DNA of 48,764 bases. It comes from a virus (taxonomy: Duplodnaviria; Caudoviricetes). The stretch's first letter is position 1. Every line of letters begins with the position of its first letter. Below, piece after piece: positions 26,165-36,006 of this stretch. The DNA lies in the IMG/VR virus record IMGVR_UViG_3300048854_000069, positions 1-48,764 of that record; one strand, 5' to 3'. The translations under genes were made by a program, and so were the position numbers. The notes beneath the pieces were generated by a model. The model had not been told where the DNA came from, did no database searches, and saw nothing but the letters and a program-made list of their open reading frames with translations.

Positions 26165-27394
26165 TTAGGCGGCGGTTTGCCACGCGTTGGCCATGCGGTG
26201 CGCAAGCAATTCAGTTCCGCACAGGTCGGCCTCTGCATCGTTGGCATTCTTTTCCTTGCCGGTTTTCCCGAGCAAAGCGTCGCTGGTTTTGCGATCAAGA
26301 TCTGCGTCGGCAGCCGATTGCACTTCGATGGTCGCAGCCACGGCATTGAACGCGGCGCGCACGGAAACTTCGTCAGCTTGATCGGGCGTCTTGCCGCCCA
26401 GAACAGCTTCGACGACTGCTTTTGCGCGAGCATCGTTTGCGGTAACGCCGGTCAGCACTTCGCGACGAATCGCGAGGCAGGTCTTACCGTCGGTGGCGAT
26501 CGCGGGCATGAGCCGTTTGGCTTCGTTCAACGTCTTTGCCCAGTCAGCAACCATTGCGTCGCGCGCGGCCGGCGTCATGACATCCTTCTTCAAGGCGTCG
26601 ATCTCGGCGTCTTTGGCGATCAGCAGCGCGTCTTTCGCTGCGAATTCCTCCGTCACCTTGTCGCCGGCAACGGTGATCGACTTGTCGCCGATCTTGTAGG
26701 TGATTGCAGGGATCGTCGGTGCGCGGTTCTTCAACGCATCACGGTCGCCTACGAGCTTGTCAACGGCAGCCGCAGCGGCTTCATCCAGTTCAAACGGGAT
26801 GCCGTCGATGGTCACTTTGCGAACTGCCATCGGGTGTACTCCTGTAGGTTGAGAATCTGCGATTCGGCAAGCCGAACCACACCGCGCGGAGTCGACCACT
26901 GCAACGTGGTTTCCGCGGATGTTCCTTTGCACGCCGTCAAAGGCCGTGCCGTCTGGCAGGTAGCCGGGCGTCATATCTAGGCTGAACGAATATCCATTCG
27001 AGACTTCGGCCTTGCCGTCGTTGACAGCCTTGACGGCCTTCGCGTCGGTCAACGTCAAGATGCCGTTCATCAAACCGCCGTCCTGATGGATGCCGGTTGC
27101 GTGGCCCACAGTGACTTCATCGCGGTTATCGTCGTTGACGACGTTCCCGGCCGGATGATCGTTCGTGACAGGGACGCCTTCGAAGCTGGCGATGCTGTCG
27201 GTCGTGAAAACTTCCTCGGGCGGCCGATAGAGCCGAATCGCCGACATCGGATTGAGGTGATTCAGGCCGAGCTCGTATGCTCGATACACTTGAATCCCCG
27301 TGCGCGCGATGGTCGCTGGCGCGACTAAGTGGCCGTCAGCGGTGACCGTACGCTTGGACAGCGTCATGCGGTCATTTGCGATTACGGTTTTCAT
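26165..27394 (-). CDS. DUF2213 prohead protease/scaffold
   Basis: ARTGIQ.Y, RPPEEVF, PVT.DHP, S.GY and NHVAVV..AR.G motifs; helical C-terminal scaffold. Confidence 0.85.
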   Translation of the reverse strand: MKTVIANDRMTLSKRTVTADGHLVAPATIARTGIQVYRAYELGLNHLNPMSAIRLYRPPEEVFTTDSIASFEGVPVTNDHPAGNVVNDDNRDEVTVGHATGIHQDGGLMNGILTLTDAKAVKAVNDGKAEVSNGYSFSLDMTPGYLPDGTAFDGVQRNIRGNHVAVVDSARCGSACRIADSQPTGVHPMAVRKVTIDGIPFELDEAAAAAVDKLVGDRDALKNRAPTIPAITYKIGDKSITVAGDKVTEEFAAKDALLIAKDAEIDALKKDVMTPAARDAMVADWAKTLNEAKRLMPAIATDGKTCLAIRREVLTGVTANDARAKAVVEAVLGGKTPDQADEVSVRAAFNAVAATIEVQSAADADLDRKTSDALLGKTGKEKNANDAEADLCGTELLAHRMANAWQTAA

Positions 27395-28779
27395 CGTGGC
27401 TTCTTCGTCGAAACAGGGTCGGCAGTGACAGGCGGAACGGCCGGCGCGGCGACTTCAGGAACGTCTGAAAGCTTTGCGATGTCCGCTTCCGTCAGGTTCT
27501 TGTAGGTGCCACGCTCTTTCAATTCACGACCGAGCACGCGCTTGCTGATCAGCCCGAGACCCAGATAAACGTCATCGGTCTGCGCTTGGTTCAGATCAAT
27601 CTCAGACGCTTCCTTGTCGTCGGTCTGCCACAAGCTGTTGAACGACCACTTGTAGTCATCCGGCATTTCGCCGAGCGTCGAGCGCACAAGAATTTCGTCG
27701 AGGTATTCGAGCTGCGGGCGAATGTCGCTTTCCTGCTCCGAGCTGATCCGGTCGTAGTAATTGCGAAGGTCACCCTCACCGGTCGCGTTCAGTCCACTTG
27801 CGGATTGCCCGAACAAGCGCGTCATCGGAATGTCAGCGGCGCCGCACACGTCGATAGCGAATTCCTGCGCAACCTTATCGAGACCAGCAAAGCTGTTCGA
27901 CTTCTTCGTGTACGTTTCCCCGGAACCAAGCAAAAGCATCCGATTGAACGACTTCATCAGCGCGGCCGTCTGGAATCGCTTGACGAGAATCGCTTCGCCG
28001 TTGGGACGGCTCAAAATGTCACTGAGCTCTTCGCTCGTCACCACATCGACATTCGCCTCGAAGATCATCGTGGCGATGCCTGCGGTCGTCGTGTCACGAC
28101 GTCGCACGCTGTCATAGACGTGCTGCAGTTCGCTGTCATCCCACATGGCGTTTGCTGTCCATGCGAAATACGGAAGCTTCTGGCCGTTGAAACGAAGCAG
28201 GCGCGTGCAATGAACCTGGACAGCGCTTTCCGCGATGCTGTACATCTCAGGCTTGCCGAAGTGCGGACTGGTGAGATCAGAAACAACAGGACCGGTCGCA
28301 GAGACGCGCCAACGATCAAGCACATGCAAGTATCGGAGATCGCCTTTTTGAATCTTGGTGACGTCCAGCGGCTTCGAAAGATCCTTGTCGCGCGTGCCGA
28401 TGACGATCACTGAGCCGCCATACAGCCGCGACCAGTAAAGAGCGTCACGAACTTTGGTCTTCACACCAAACTGCTTTTCGGCAGTCTCGACGGCCTGCTG
28501 CACGTCGGCGCGCGTATCGTCGAAAGAGATCGATCGCCACGCGCGCGTCATGTCGTCCGCCGGCGCATTGACGATCCGCTTCGATAACCACGACGAGCGA
28601 TACATCTGCTCGAGCTCAAAGCGCGTCAGCGGCGCAACGACCCCGTACTCCGTGTACGACATCTTGTCGCGCGGCGTGCCGAGGCCAGCGATGACGTTCT
28701 GCAACCCATCGCCAACTGCTACCGGCTGATTTGTCCGGGCGATCGCCGCTCCAGCCGTCTTCACATTTCGTTTCGACAT
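27391..28779 (-). CDS. Portal protein (DUF1073 family)
   Basis: Y..SW...RIV..PA.DM.R, RLYGG, and IP.TRLFGQS..GLNATGE.D..NYYD motifs. Confidence 0.9.
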   Translation of the reverse strand: MSKRNVKTAGAAIARTNQPVAVGDGLQNVIAGLGTPRDKMSYTEYGVVAPLTRFELEQMYRSSWLSKRIVNAPADDMTRAWRSISFDDTRADVQQAVETAEKQFGVKTKVRDALYWSRLYGGSVIVIGTRDKDLSKPLDVTKIQKGDLRYLHVLDRWRVSATGPVVSDLTSPHFGKPEMYSIAESAVQVHCTRLLRFNGQKLPYFAWTANAMWDDSELQHVYDSVRRRDTTTAGIATMIFEANVDVVTSEELSDILSRPNGEAILVKRFQTAALMKSFNRMLLLGSGETYTKKSNSFAGLDKVAQEFAIDVCGAADIPMTRLFGQSASGLNATGEGDLRNYYDRISSEQESDIRPQLEYLDEILVRSTLGEMPDDYKWSFNSLWQTDDKEASEIDLNQAQTDDVYLGLGLISKRVLGRELKERGTYKNLTEADIAKLSDVPEVAAPAVPPVTADPVSTKKPR

Positions 28780-28780
28780 G

Positions 28781-30370
28781 TCAGATGAGATCGTAGATGG
28801 ACGACTTAAAGCCCCCCGGTTGGAAGCAGATCATTACGGCATCTGCTCGGTTCGGCGATCGGCTGCCGTCTGGAGATTTATCGACGACCACTTTCCCAAC
28901 GCCGTTTATCGAATAGGTGGGCTGAGACAACTCAGAGGTCAATGCTGTCAATTCAGGCAACGCGCTGGAGATCGAAATAATCTCGTCTGGCTCGTATTCC
29001 ATGCCTTCTACTATCGCGCGATACGTCTTTTGGAACCGCATGCGCAACGCCCACCACGCCTGAGCTTTAGCGTTCAGGAAGAAATCCTTGTTCTTTCGTT
29101 TGGGCACCATCTCGCGCTCTGGATCAAGTACCGCACCAGACCCACGAAACGGTTCGGCATAGACTGGGCTTCGATTCTGGCGCTCTCGTTCCTCATTTAC
29201 GACACGAGCGTCACCGCGGACACCAGCTCCAAGACCGTCCGCGTCATAAAAGAACGCTGAGTAGTCTTTTTCGTCGGCAAGGTTGAACGCCCGCTGAACA
29301 GTGCCGAATATGTCATCGCCTTTTCCAGACCACGATTCGAGGAAGTTCAGAAGAATCCCTCGACGACCAGCAAACGAGTTCAGATCCTTACCCTCATCGG
29401 CCACATCAAGCGCGCCGCTCGCTGCTCCAGTCGGCTCGATACCGAGTTTCTTGTCCGCATCAATCGACGCCTGAACCCATGCCGACGGGATCAAGACACC
29501 TTCCACAGACGCGCTGTAGTTGATGTCGATTTCTTGCGCAACCGTTACTGGGTCTAGCTCAGATACTTGCTTGGCGTACCAAGCGTCATCCTTGCGCGGA
29601 TCGTCGCGCCAGTGAAACGTGAAAACCTTGATCCGGCCGCCAAACCGCTTCTGGGCGAAGGAATTGCCCATGCCGTTCGGCGTCGAAACGTCCTGGCGGC
29701 AGTTGGTTGTCGCAGATAACGATGCGTCGACAAGCTGCGGCCGCTCAAGGAACGCCGCCTCGTCGACCACGTAAAAGCTGGTGCGGTCACCGCGGCCAAT
29801 GCCATCGCCTGACTCGCCAGTGATCACGGAGCCCGTATCGGGAAATATCACCCGCATATGCGGGGCGTGCTTTGATCGGTCCCATGAACCGCGAAACTCA
29901 GGCGGCAACGACGAAATGAACGTGCGCGCCTTGTCGAACAACGATTTAGGCGAGCCGATCTTGTCGACGTATTCTTCCTTACGCGAGCCGAATCCGACCA
30001 CCACGCCCGGAGTGAACAGGCAGACGGTCGAAGCCAATCCCACGCTCAGCCACGACATTCCCATGTCGCGAGTCTTCTCGGTGAGACCCGGTTCCTGATT
30101 CTTCCAGCGGTCAAGGAACCATTGCACCCATTCTTCCTGCTTCGGAAAGAGAATGAACGGGATAGCCGACGGCAAGCCGCGCTCTACATTGCGCGGGTCA
30201 GCCGTCATGCCCCAGTCGATAATAAACTGAGCCGGGTTATCTCGGTAATACTGGTGAAGCGCGGGCAGCATCGACGGATCTTTCCGGATGCGTGCCAGCC
30301 TTTCTATCCGCCATTCGAAGACCGCTGTGTAATCTGGGTTGCGGAAGTCAAACGGGAACGGGACCGGCAT
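28781..30370 (-). CDS. terL: Terminase large subunit
   Basis: [10 protein letters not shown] Walker A variant, VVDEAAF Walker B, LDVADEG.D nuclease motif, SPN.ADA. Confidence 0.92.
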   Translation of the reverse strand: MPVPFPFDFRNPDYTAVFEWRIERLARIRKDPSMLPALHQYYRDNPAQFIIDWGMTADPRNVERGLPSAIPFILFPKQEEWVQWFLDRWKNQEPGLTEKTRDMGMSWLSVGLASTVCLFTPGVVVGFGSRKEEYVDKIGSPKSLFDKARTFISSLPPEFRGSWDRSKHAPHMRVIFPDTGSVITGESGDGIGRGDRTSFYVVDEAAFLERPQLVDASLSATTNCRQDVSTPNGMGNSFAQKRFGGRIKVFTFHWRDDPRKDDAWYAKQVSELDPVTVAQEIDINYSASVEGVLIPSAWVQASIDADKKLGIEPTGAASGALDVADEGKDLNSFAGRRGILLNFLESWSGKGDDIFGTVQRAFNLADEKDYSAFFYDADGLGAGVRGDARVVNEERERQNRSPVYAEPFRGSGAVLDPEREMVPKRKNKDFFLNAKAQAWWALRMRFQKTYRAIVEGMEYEPDEIISISSALPELTALTSELSQPTYSINGVGKVVVDKSPDGSRSPNRADAVMICFQPGGFKSSIYDLI

Positions 30371-31015
30371 TTACTCGCCTTGAATCATCTTCTGGTAAAT
30401 CCGGGCAGCCTCGACCGGATCGTTCATGGCCCCAGGCGGCAACGCAGCAGGAGCCGTAGGCTGGGCAGCAATGTTGTATGCCTCGCGCTCAACGGCAATA
30501 AGCGTCTTCAGCGTCTCAGCCAGCTTCTTCATGCTGTCCACGCGGGCAGCACCCGAAATAACCTTGCGGTAGACGTCGTTCCGCTTGTCTTGACCCTTTT
30601 CGTCCTCGCTGCGCAGTAGCTCGCCGAGCTGCTCGAACAAGTCCGCATTACCGGTTTCATGTTCAAGCTCTTCCAGCAGCGACATCGCAAGCTTGCGCAT
30701 GCGCGCAATGTCCGTGCGATGAGCCAGCCGGATATTTGCAATGACCTCAGCGTTTGCCTCAACGATCGCCCTATCGGTTACCGCCTGCTCTGCGGTAACC
30801 TCTCTGGTAACCGTGCGGCTGGTAACCAGCGCGTCAGCCTTATCCTGTATGCGTTTGGAGAGATCGCGCTCCCATCCATCACGCTTTGCACGCTTCGCTA
30901 TGGCGACGTGCGAAATACCGTTCGCAGCAGCAATCTCGCGGACCGACAGCAGCCCTGCGCGGTAGTCCGCTTCGATGCGCTCCCAATCCGGCGCTGGCTT
31001 CTTTTCCTGCGCCAT
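30371..31015 (-). CDS. terS: Terminase small subunit
   Basis: PDWERIEADYRAG..S.REIA...GIS..AI.KRAK..GW HTH; directly upstream of terL. Confidence 0.85.
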   Translation of the reverse strand: MAQEKKPAPDWERIEADYRAGLLSVREIAAANGISHVAIAKRAKRDGWERDLSKRIQDKADALVTSRTVTREVTAEQAVTDRAIVEANAEVIANIRLAHRTDIARMRKLAMSLLEELEHETGNADLFEQLGELLRSEDEKGQDKRNDVYRKVISGAARVDSMKKLAETLKTLIAVEREAYNIAAQPTAPAALPPGAMNDPVEAARIYQKMIQGE

Positions 31016-31090
31016 AGTGTTTCTCAAAAAGATGCCCGCAGCCAACCGAAGCTGGCGCGGGCGCAATAGCTCTCACGAGCCCGAGGAGAC

Positions 31091-31360
31091 CTACTTCTTT
31101 CGCGTGATCCTGTGCCAGAGCGACACAATCTCACCATCCTCTGTCGCGCCGAATTCTTCCAGTCGGCGCCAAAGGAATTGCACTTCCTGATCTAGCCGCG
31201 TCTCTTCTACTTGCACTCGCGACCAGAGGCGTGCGATTTCGTGGTCGGCGTGCGCGCCGAACTCCTGAAGCCGACACCAGAATCGCTCATGGTGCGTTTG
31301 CTCTTCGGACTTGAGGCCGCCATGCAGCGCCGCGAACGGTCGAACCATGACGTCTGCCAT
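31091..31360 (-). CDS. Hypothetical protein with internal W-x-R-L-x-EFGA repeats
   Basis: FWCRLQEFGAHADHEIARLW / LWRRLEEFGATEDGEIVSLW; AGGA RBS. Confidence 0.6.
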   Translation of the reverse strand: MADVMVRPFAALHGGLKSEEQTHHERFWCRLQEFGAHADHEIARLWSRVQVEETRLDQEVQFLWRRLEEFGATEDGEIVSLWHRITRKK

Positions 31361-31365
31361 GACGC

Positions 31366-31686
31366 TTATTCCTGCGTGACGGTCGCGGAGATCGATGCGA
31401 ACGGCGTCACCATCACAGCCGGGGGCACTTCCACAGCGTCGACGAACGAGCACGTCACGGGATCGAAAAGATTCGCGCCATTCACGTCGAGCAATTGCGC
31501 TTGGCCAGTGAACGTGCCGTCAGCAATACCCGTGAAATCGGCGGTCAAGCCATCGACGTCCTGGGTTTGAACGACTGCGCCCGTCGAATCGATGATCGAG
31601 AAGCGTGATTTGCCAGCGGCAGCGCCGTTGGGGGAAGCGACAGCAGCGGCTGCCAACGAAACGAGAAGCGATACTTTGTACGTCAT
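31366..31686 (-). CDS. Small beta-sandwich-like protein
   Basis: 106 aa; GGAG RBS fused to the upstream terminator. Confidence 0.65.
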   Translation of the reverse strand: MTYKVSLLVSLAAAAVASPNGAAAGKSRFSIIDSTGAVVQTQDVDGLTADFTGIADGTFTGQAQLLDVNGANLFDPVTCSFVDAVEVPPAVMVTPFASISATVTQE

Positions 31687-31697
31687 GTGAATCTCCA

Positions 31698-31731
31698 ATA
31701 AAAAAGCCCGACGGCGTCAGCCTGTCGGGCA
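31698..31731 (-). terminator. Terminator fused to RBS
   Basis: GCCCGAC...GTCGGGC-TTTTTTATTGGAG. Confidence 0.75.
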
Positions 31732-31746
31732 TTGTTTGGGCGAGAG

Positions 31747-31965
31747 AAGCCGTTACCGGCGGCGCCTGGCGGTTCCTGTGTGCTGCGAGCTCGCAACTCG
31801 AAGAGGGCTCAGCCAATTCGAAACAGGGTCGGTCACAGGCGGCTGTCACTCTCACGGATGGCGAATGCTGCGGGGCGATGAAGCCCCTCACTGCTATGTT
31901 CAGCGCCCCGCGACGGGCCAGCAGCTAACCGGTTCGCGTTCCGGATGCAATCGCCATGCGTGAGA
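31747..31965 (-). ncRNA. Candidate structured RNA in the late leader (two multibranch domains)
   Basis: A 19-bp closing stem (31850-31868 with 31947-31965) encloses three hairpins; a second domain is closed by AGCCG/CGGCT and CCTGTG/CACAGG; no convincing ORF. Confidence 0.45.
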
Positions 31966-32015
31966 ATGTAACGGCCGCAGATAATTAGCCTGCAGCCGAA
32001 AAAACCATGAATTTC

Positions 32016-32198
32016 CTAATTCTTCACATTCAAAACGGCAACATCGAAGACGTGCTCTTTCTGTGCATTCTTCTCGAACCAAACGCACTTCGCACCTTCT
32101 TCGGGCCCCATCGGCGAGTAGTCGCCAATATCCGTAACGGTCATCTTCGGGCCGCCGCTTTTCAATTCCACGACATCGCCTTTTTTTACATCGCTCAT
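32016..32198 (-). CDS. DUF2158 / YodC-family small protein
   Basis: GDVVELKSGGPKMTV...C.WF signature; GGAG RBS. Confidence 0.85.
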   Translation of the reverse strand: MSDVKKGDVVELKSGGPKMTVTDIGDYSPMGPEEGAKCVWFEKNAQKEHVFDVAVLNVKN

Positions 32199-32277
32199 CT
32201 GTAGTCTCCTTTTTTCCCGCCAATTAGCGGAAAAGGAATACTACTGGCTCACCGAGGCGGTTACAACGAAGCAATGC

Positions 32278-32302
32278 AAAAAGCCCGCGCAGTGGCGGGC
32301 TT
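32278..32302 (-). terminator. tR'-like terminator downstream of the late promoter
   Basis: AAGCCCGC-CACTGC-GCGGGCTT-TTT about 80 nt after the late promoter. Confidence 0.8.
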
Positions 32303-32382
32303 CATTCCCTTTGGGCGACCTGATCCCGCCATTTGGCAGGATCAGAGCACGCAACAAAGGCGGCAATTAGTAATCTTGGCGG

Positions 32383-32411
32383 ATTATAGAATCGTTTCTG
32401 GGAGTTTACAA
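32383..32411 (-). promoter_or_regulatory. Late promoter pR'
   Basis: TTGTAA-N17-TATAAT at the 3' end of the Q-like gene. Confidence 0.8.
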
Positions 32412-32818
32412 GCAATCTTTTCTGGCTTTTCTACAACAGTTTCGCCGCTGATCCGGATGATTTCGCGCGTGAGGATTTGGCGTCCGTTGGCAAGCGACCG
32501 ATCAAGGTTTTCGCGCCGCACGCGCGCTTTGTGCCGGTGCCACATGCGCGTCTGAATCTGGTCCGGACTCATGTTCCAGACGTAGTGATATTTCAGAACC
32601 CACTTCGCGACATGATTCGGCATTGATCGCCAGGCGCGCTCGACCAGCCAGCCGTCCATTTCGTTGCGGATCACCGCGATCTTGGGATCGCCCTTCCCGT
32701 AGTCGCGAATGAGGATGTACCACTTCGCCCAGAGCGCGCACGCATCTTCGCTGCCACCGGACGAAAGCACGACTCTCGCCCAATTCTCAAGCCGGCTCTC
32801 CAAATTTTCAAAGCTCAT
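32384..32818 (-). CDS. Late antiterminator Q-like protein
   Basis: ESRLENWAR N-terminus and VERAW..MP...K.VL..HY motif; position just before pR'. Confidence 0.7.
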   Translation of the reverse strand: MSFENLESRLENWARVVLSSGGSEDACALWAKWYILIRDYGKGDPKIAVIRNEMDGWLVERAWRSMPNHVAKWVLKYHYVWNMSPDQIQTRMWHRHKARVRRENLDRSLANGRQILTREIIRISGETVVEKPEKIACKLPETIL

Positions 32819-33021
32819 GCTACCTCCGGTGTGAATTTTCGGCATTTGCGCATTTCGTAGATGTCGATGCTGGCTTTCTGCTGGCCGGTCGAGCACACGA
32901 ACTTGCGCGTTCCGCCCCACTGCGAACTGACGAGCTGGACGCACGACAGGCAGGTTGCGTTTTGCTTTTGCTCGAGCACGACGCATGGATCTTGGTATTC
33001 GTGGCGGCGCAAAGCGGTCAT
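32815..33021 (-). CDS. Small Cys-rich protein
   Basis: YQDP..VLE.KQ..TC..C...C...C; ATGA overlaps on both sides. Confidence 0.7.
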   Translation of the reverse strand: MTALRRHEYQDPCVVLEQKQNATCLSCVQLVSSQWGGTRKFVCSTGQQKASIDIYEMRKCRKFTPEVA

Positions 33022-33305
33022 GTGTTCAGCGCCTCGATCGTCCATTCCAGCAACATGACCTCGTCGGCCTTAAGCGGCAGCAGCGCCTTGCGGTCGCCGT
33101 GGATTCCGTGCGCGCCGGTGTGGTGTGGCTCGCAAAGCGGAATCGCCAGCCATGCAGAGCCGCGCTGCGCACCACCCTGTCCTTCCCGAGCGTGGTGAAC
33201 TTGCGCTGGGGTTTCGCCATAGCCGAGCGCGCGGCAGAGAATGCAGCCGAGGCGAGCGACGCGTCCCATGTATTCGCTCTCGGCCCGAGTGGGTTTCTTG
33301 CTCAT
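33018..33305 (-). CDS. Ref-like HNH recombination-enhancement nuclease
   Basis: GCILC...PAQVHH.R.G.G...R......IPLC..HH motif. Confidence 0.75.
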   Translation of the reverse strand: MSKKPTRAESEYMGRVARLGCILCRALGYGETPAQVHHAREGQGGAQRGSAWLAIPLCEPHHTGAHGIHGDRKALLPLKADEVMLLEWTIEALNT

Positions 33306-33646
33306 AGCGTCCTCGCCTCAGCACGCCGCGTGCTTTCGATAGTTCGCCAGCACTCGATTTTTGCTTCGGCGGAAACCATCATCCAGCGCAAGGTTTCCTC
33401 TTTCTCGACGGCCGCTTTGAGTGCTTCCAACACGCCGATGTAATCCGGATCGGCATATGCTTCACGCTCCTGCATAGCGGCCGTCTTGTGCCCCTGAAGC
33501 TCAGCGTCGCGCATACACAGCGATTTCTTACTTTTCCGGAAGTTTTCGAGATAGATGCGATCTGCCTTTGCCTGCGCGTATGCCGGTGCGTTATCGCGGA
33601 TCCAGTCGAGACAGCGGAAAATGTTGATCTGGCTTTCTTCGCTCAT
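33302..33646 (-). CDS. Conserved helical phage protein (nin region)
   Basis: YA.AKA....LE..RKS...QEREAYA...Y...WRT..S..R pattern. Confidence 0.7.
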   Translation of the reverse strand: MSEESQINIFRCLDWIRDNAPAYAQAKADRIYLENFRKSKKSLCMRDAELQGHKTAAMQEREAYADPDYIGVLEALKAAVEKEETLRWMMVSAEAKIECWRTIESTRRAEARTL

Positions 33647-33966
33647 GCCCACACCCGCGCCTGAATGCCGAGCGCGAGCTGCAGCGCTTCCGGGATGTTG
33701 GTTTCGATGGGCGTTTCGTCGTCAATCTGCACGCCACTGATAGGCCGCAGCCAAGCGTCGGGGATGATTCCCAGAGCGCTGCGTGACGGCTTCTTTGTTT
33801 CGGGATTGAAGCTGTTCAGTGGCGCAGACGCTTCGACAAGCCAGCAGGGATAGCGTCCTGTCCCGTGTTCGCCGCGATATTCGAGCACTTCAACGATGCG
33901 CCCCAAATTAGGTGCGCTGGAACACTCAACCACGATGTATGCAATATCGCCCGGTTTGCAGTTCAT
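33643..33966 (-). CDS. Hypothetical protein (MNCKPGD.A type)
   Basis: MNCKPGDIA...G.IVEV...D.WLRPI pattern; overlapping start/stop. Confidence 0.7.
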   Translation of the reverse strand: MNCKPGDIAYIVVECSSAPNLGRIVEVLEYRGEHGTGRYPCWLVEASAPLNSFNPETKKPSRSALGIIPDAWLRPISGVQIDDETPIETNIPEALQLALGIQARVWA

Positions 33967-34322
33967 GCTGCTCTCCCGAAAAGTGCCTCAGTCAGGGGGT
34001 CACGGAAAGGACGAATTTCGCGCTTTGCGAGCTCAAGCTTTTCCGCCATGCGCCTACGCTCGCCAAGATTCTCGCGGTACCTTCGCGCGCTACTCGAAAC
34101 GTCAGGTGCGCTACCAACTGCCCACAAGCGTTTCGAATAGGTTTTATTGCTGCCTTCAACGGAATATCCGGACACATGGATTAGTCCGGCTGCCCGTGCT
34201 GAGCTCACACGATGCTGGACAGCTGAAGCATGCAAGTGCATCTTTTCTTGCATCTGCCGCGTAGTCATCGGGCCATGCTCCTGGAGCGCCGCAAGCAACT
34301 GACCTAAGGCTGTTTGTTTCAT
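33963..34322 (-). CDS. Winged-HTH protein
   Basis: L..HGPMT..QM...M.L..S.V pattern. Confidence 0.65.
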   Translation of the reverse strand: MKQTALGQLLAALQEHGPMTTRQMQEKMHLHASAVQHRVSSARAAGLIHVSGYSVEGSNKTYSKRLWAVGSAPDVSSSARRYRENLGERRRMAEKLELAKREIRPFRDPLTEALFGRAA

Positions 34323-34639
34323 ACCGACTCCCGTTCCATCAATTCCTCAAGCCACTGAATCGCTTGCCCCGTCCGCACGTGATCGCTCGTGACGCGAAGT
34401 ACGGTCCATCCTAAAATCGCCGCGCGCGCGTATTTCTCGCAGTCGGCGGCGAAGCCGGTGCCACGTGAGTGCCGACCGTTCGTCCATGTGCCACCCTCAA
34501 CCTCAACAGCGATCTTTTCTTCGGGCCACGCAAAGTCGAGACGCCACTTGCGCGGAGCGGCAAACACGTGCTCGCGCTTGGCCGGCTGCATCTTTGCTCC
34601 GCGAATATGCAGCGCGAACAGTTCTTCGATGGCGCTCAT
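34319..34639 (-). CDS. PD-(D/E)XK endonuclease (DUF559/Vsr-like)
   Basis: RKWRLDFAWP..KIAVEVEGG...GRH...D.EKY..A...GW.VLR motif. Confidence 0.8.
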   Translation of the reverse strand: MSAIEELFALHIRGAKMQPAKREHVFAAPRKWRLDFAWPEEKIAVEVEGGTWTNGRHSRGTGFAADCEKYARAAILGWTVLRVTSDHVRTGQAIQWLEELMERESV

Positions 34640-36006
34640 TCGAACCCCCGCGAGCGCGACGACTTCTGGACCGCGTTCGTAGGCCATGGGCCAGCGTGGT
34701 TTTCGAATTTCATGAACTCTCCGCGATAGGTGAGCGCAACGTCGCCAGTGCGTCCGTGGCGAAATTTCGCAAAACGCACCTGAGCGAAGCCGAACCACTG
34801 ATCGCCGGCGTCCGGGTTGGCAACTTGCTCGCGATGTATGAAGAGCACTGCGTCGGCGTCTTGTTCGATCGACCCCGAGTCACGAAGATCGGAAAGCATC
34901 GGCAACTTGTTCGCACGTTCCTCTGACTTTCGATTGAGCTGCGCAAGGGCAATGATTGCGACGTTCAGTTCCTTTGCGAGCGCCTTCAGGCCTCGCGATA
35001 TGCCCTCGATCTCCGCATTACGGTTTGCGCCATCGCCAGTCATGAGTTGCAGGTAGTCGACGATGATCACGTCGAGGCCGGCCTTGCGCTTCACCAGACG
35101 CGCCTTTGCGCGGACGTCCAGCATGCGCAGCGCAGCTTGGTCGTCGATGTAAAGGTTAAGGTCCTTAATCTTCATCGTCGCGGCTGTGACGCGATTCCAA
35201 TAATCGTTATCGTCCTCGGGCGACTTCATGACGGTGTCCAGCGGGATGCGGCCGAGTGCAGCGAGGTTCCGATCGTGCAACTCGGACTCCGGCATTTCCA
35301 TCGATAAGAACAAAGCGCTGTGGTCGATGGCCACATGCGTCGCTATGTTCAACGCAAGAGCCGTCTTCCCCATGCCTGGTCGCGCGGCGAGAATCACCAG
35401 CCAACCCGGCCGCAAGCCGCCGTTCAGTTGACGGTCGATGTCGTCGAGGCCAGTCTTGATGACCCGGTCGGAGCCGGTGGACCGACGCTCAAGCGCGCTG
35501 ATGTGATCGGCCAGACCCTGCGCTGCGAGCTTCGGCTCCCGCTTTATCGTCGCCTCGCCGAGCGCCTCAAGCCTCGAGGATGCGCGGTCGATCAGCACGC
35601 CAGCGCTTTCCGGCGTGGCGCCGACTGAGTCCTGAATCTCGGATGCGACTGCCAGCAGCCCGCGCTTCTGCGCACGGTCTCGGACAATCTCAGCGTAGCG
35701 CGCGATGTTCACGGAGCTCGCCGTGCCCTGCGCAATATCGTTCAGATACTTCAAGCCGCCAACTGCGTCAGAGCGCCCTTCCGCCTGCAGTCGCTCGAAA
35801 AGCGTGATCACGTCGGCACCGATGCCACTTTCGATCATCTTCACGATCTGAGCGAAAATCGAACGGTGGTCGCCGCGGTAAAAATGCTCGGCGCGAAGGT
35901 CGCCGATCCGATCGATCGAATCGTTGTCGATCAGCAATGCGCCAAGGACGCTCTGCTCGTGCTCGACGCTGTGCGGAACTGCGCGCTCAATGTCGTTGGC
36001 GCTCAT
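34636..36006 (-). CDS. dnaB: Replicative DNA helicase, DnaB family
   Basis: PHS.E.EQ.VLG, AARPGMGKT, SMEM, IVDYLQLM and DLRDSGSIEQDAD motifs. Confidence 0.95.
   Translation of the reverse strand: MSANDIERAVPHSVEHEQSVLGALLIDNDSIDRIGDLRAEHFYRGDHRSIFAQIVKMIESGIGADVITLFERLQAEGRSDAVGGLKYLNDIAQGTASSVNIARYAEIVRDRAQKRGLLAVASEIQDSVGATPESAGVLIDRASSRLEALGEATIKREPKLAAQGLADHISALERRSTGSDRVIKTGLDDIDRQLNGGLRPGWLVILAARPGMGKTALALNIATHVAIDHSALFLSMEMPESELHDRNLAALGRIPLDTVMKSPEDDNDYWNRVTAATMKIKDLNLYIDDQAALRMLDVRAKARLVKRKAGLDVIIVDYLQLMTGDGANRNAEIEGISRGLKALAKELNVAIIALAQLNRKSEERANKLPMLSDLRDSGSIEQDADAVLFIHREQVANPDAGDQWFGFAQVRFAKFRHGRTGDVALTYRGEFMKFENHAGPWPTNAVQKSSRSRGFE

Noticed and set aside
31850-31965. tRNA gene
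   Set aside because: Cloverleaf-like, but lacks the TTCRA T-loop, the D-loop GG and a 7-bp acceptor/CCA; kept only as a candidate ncRNA.
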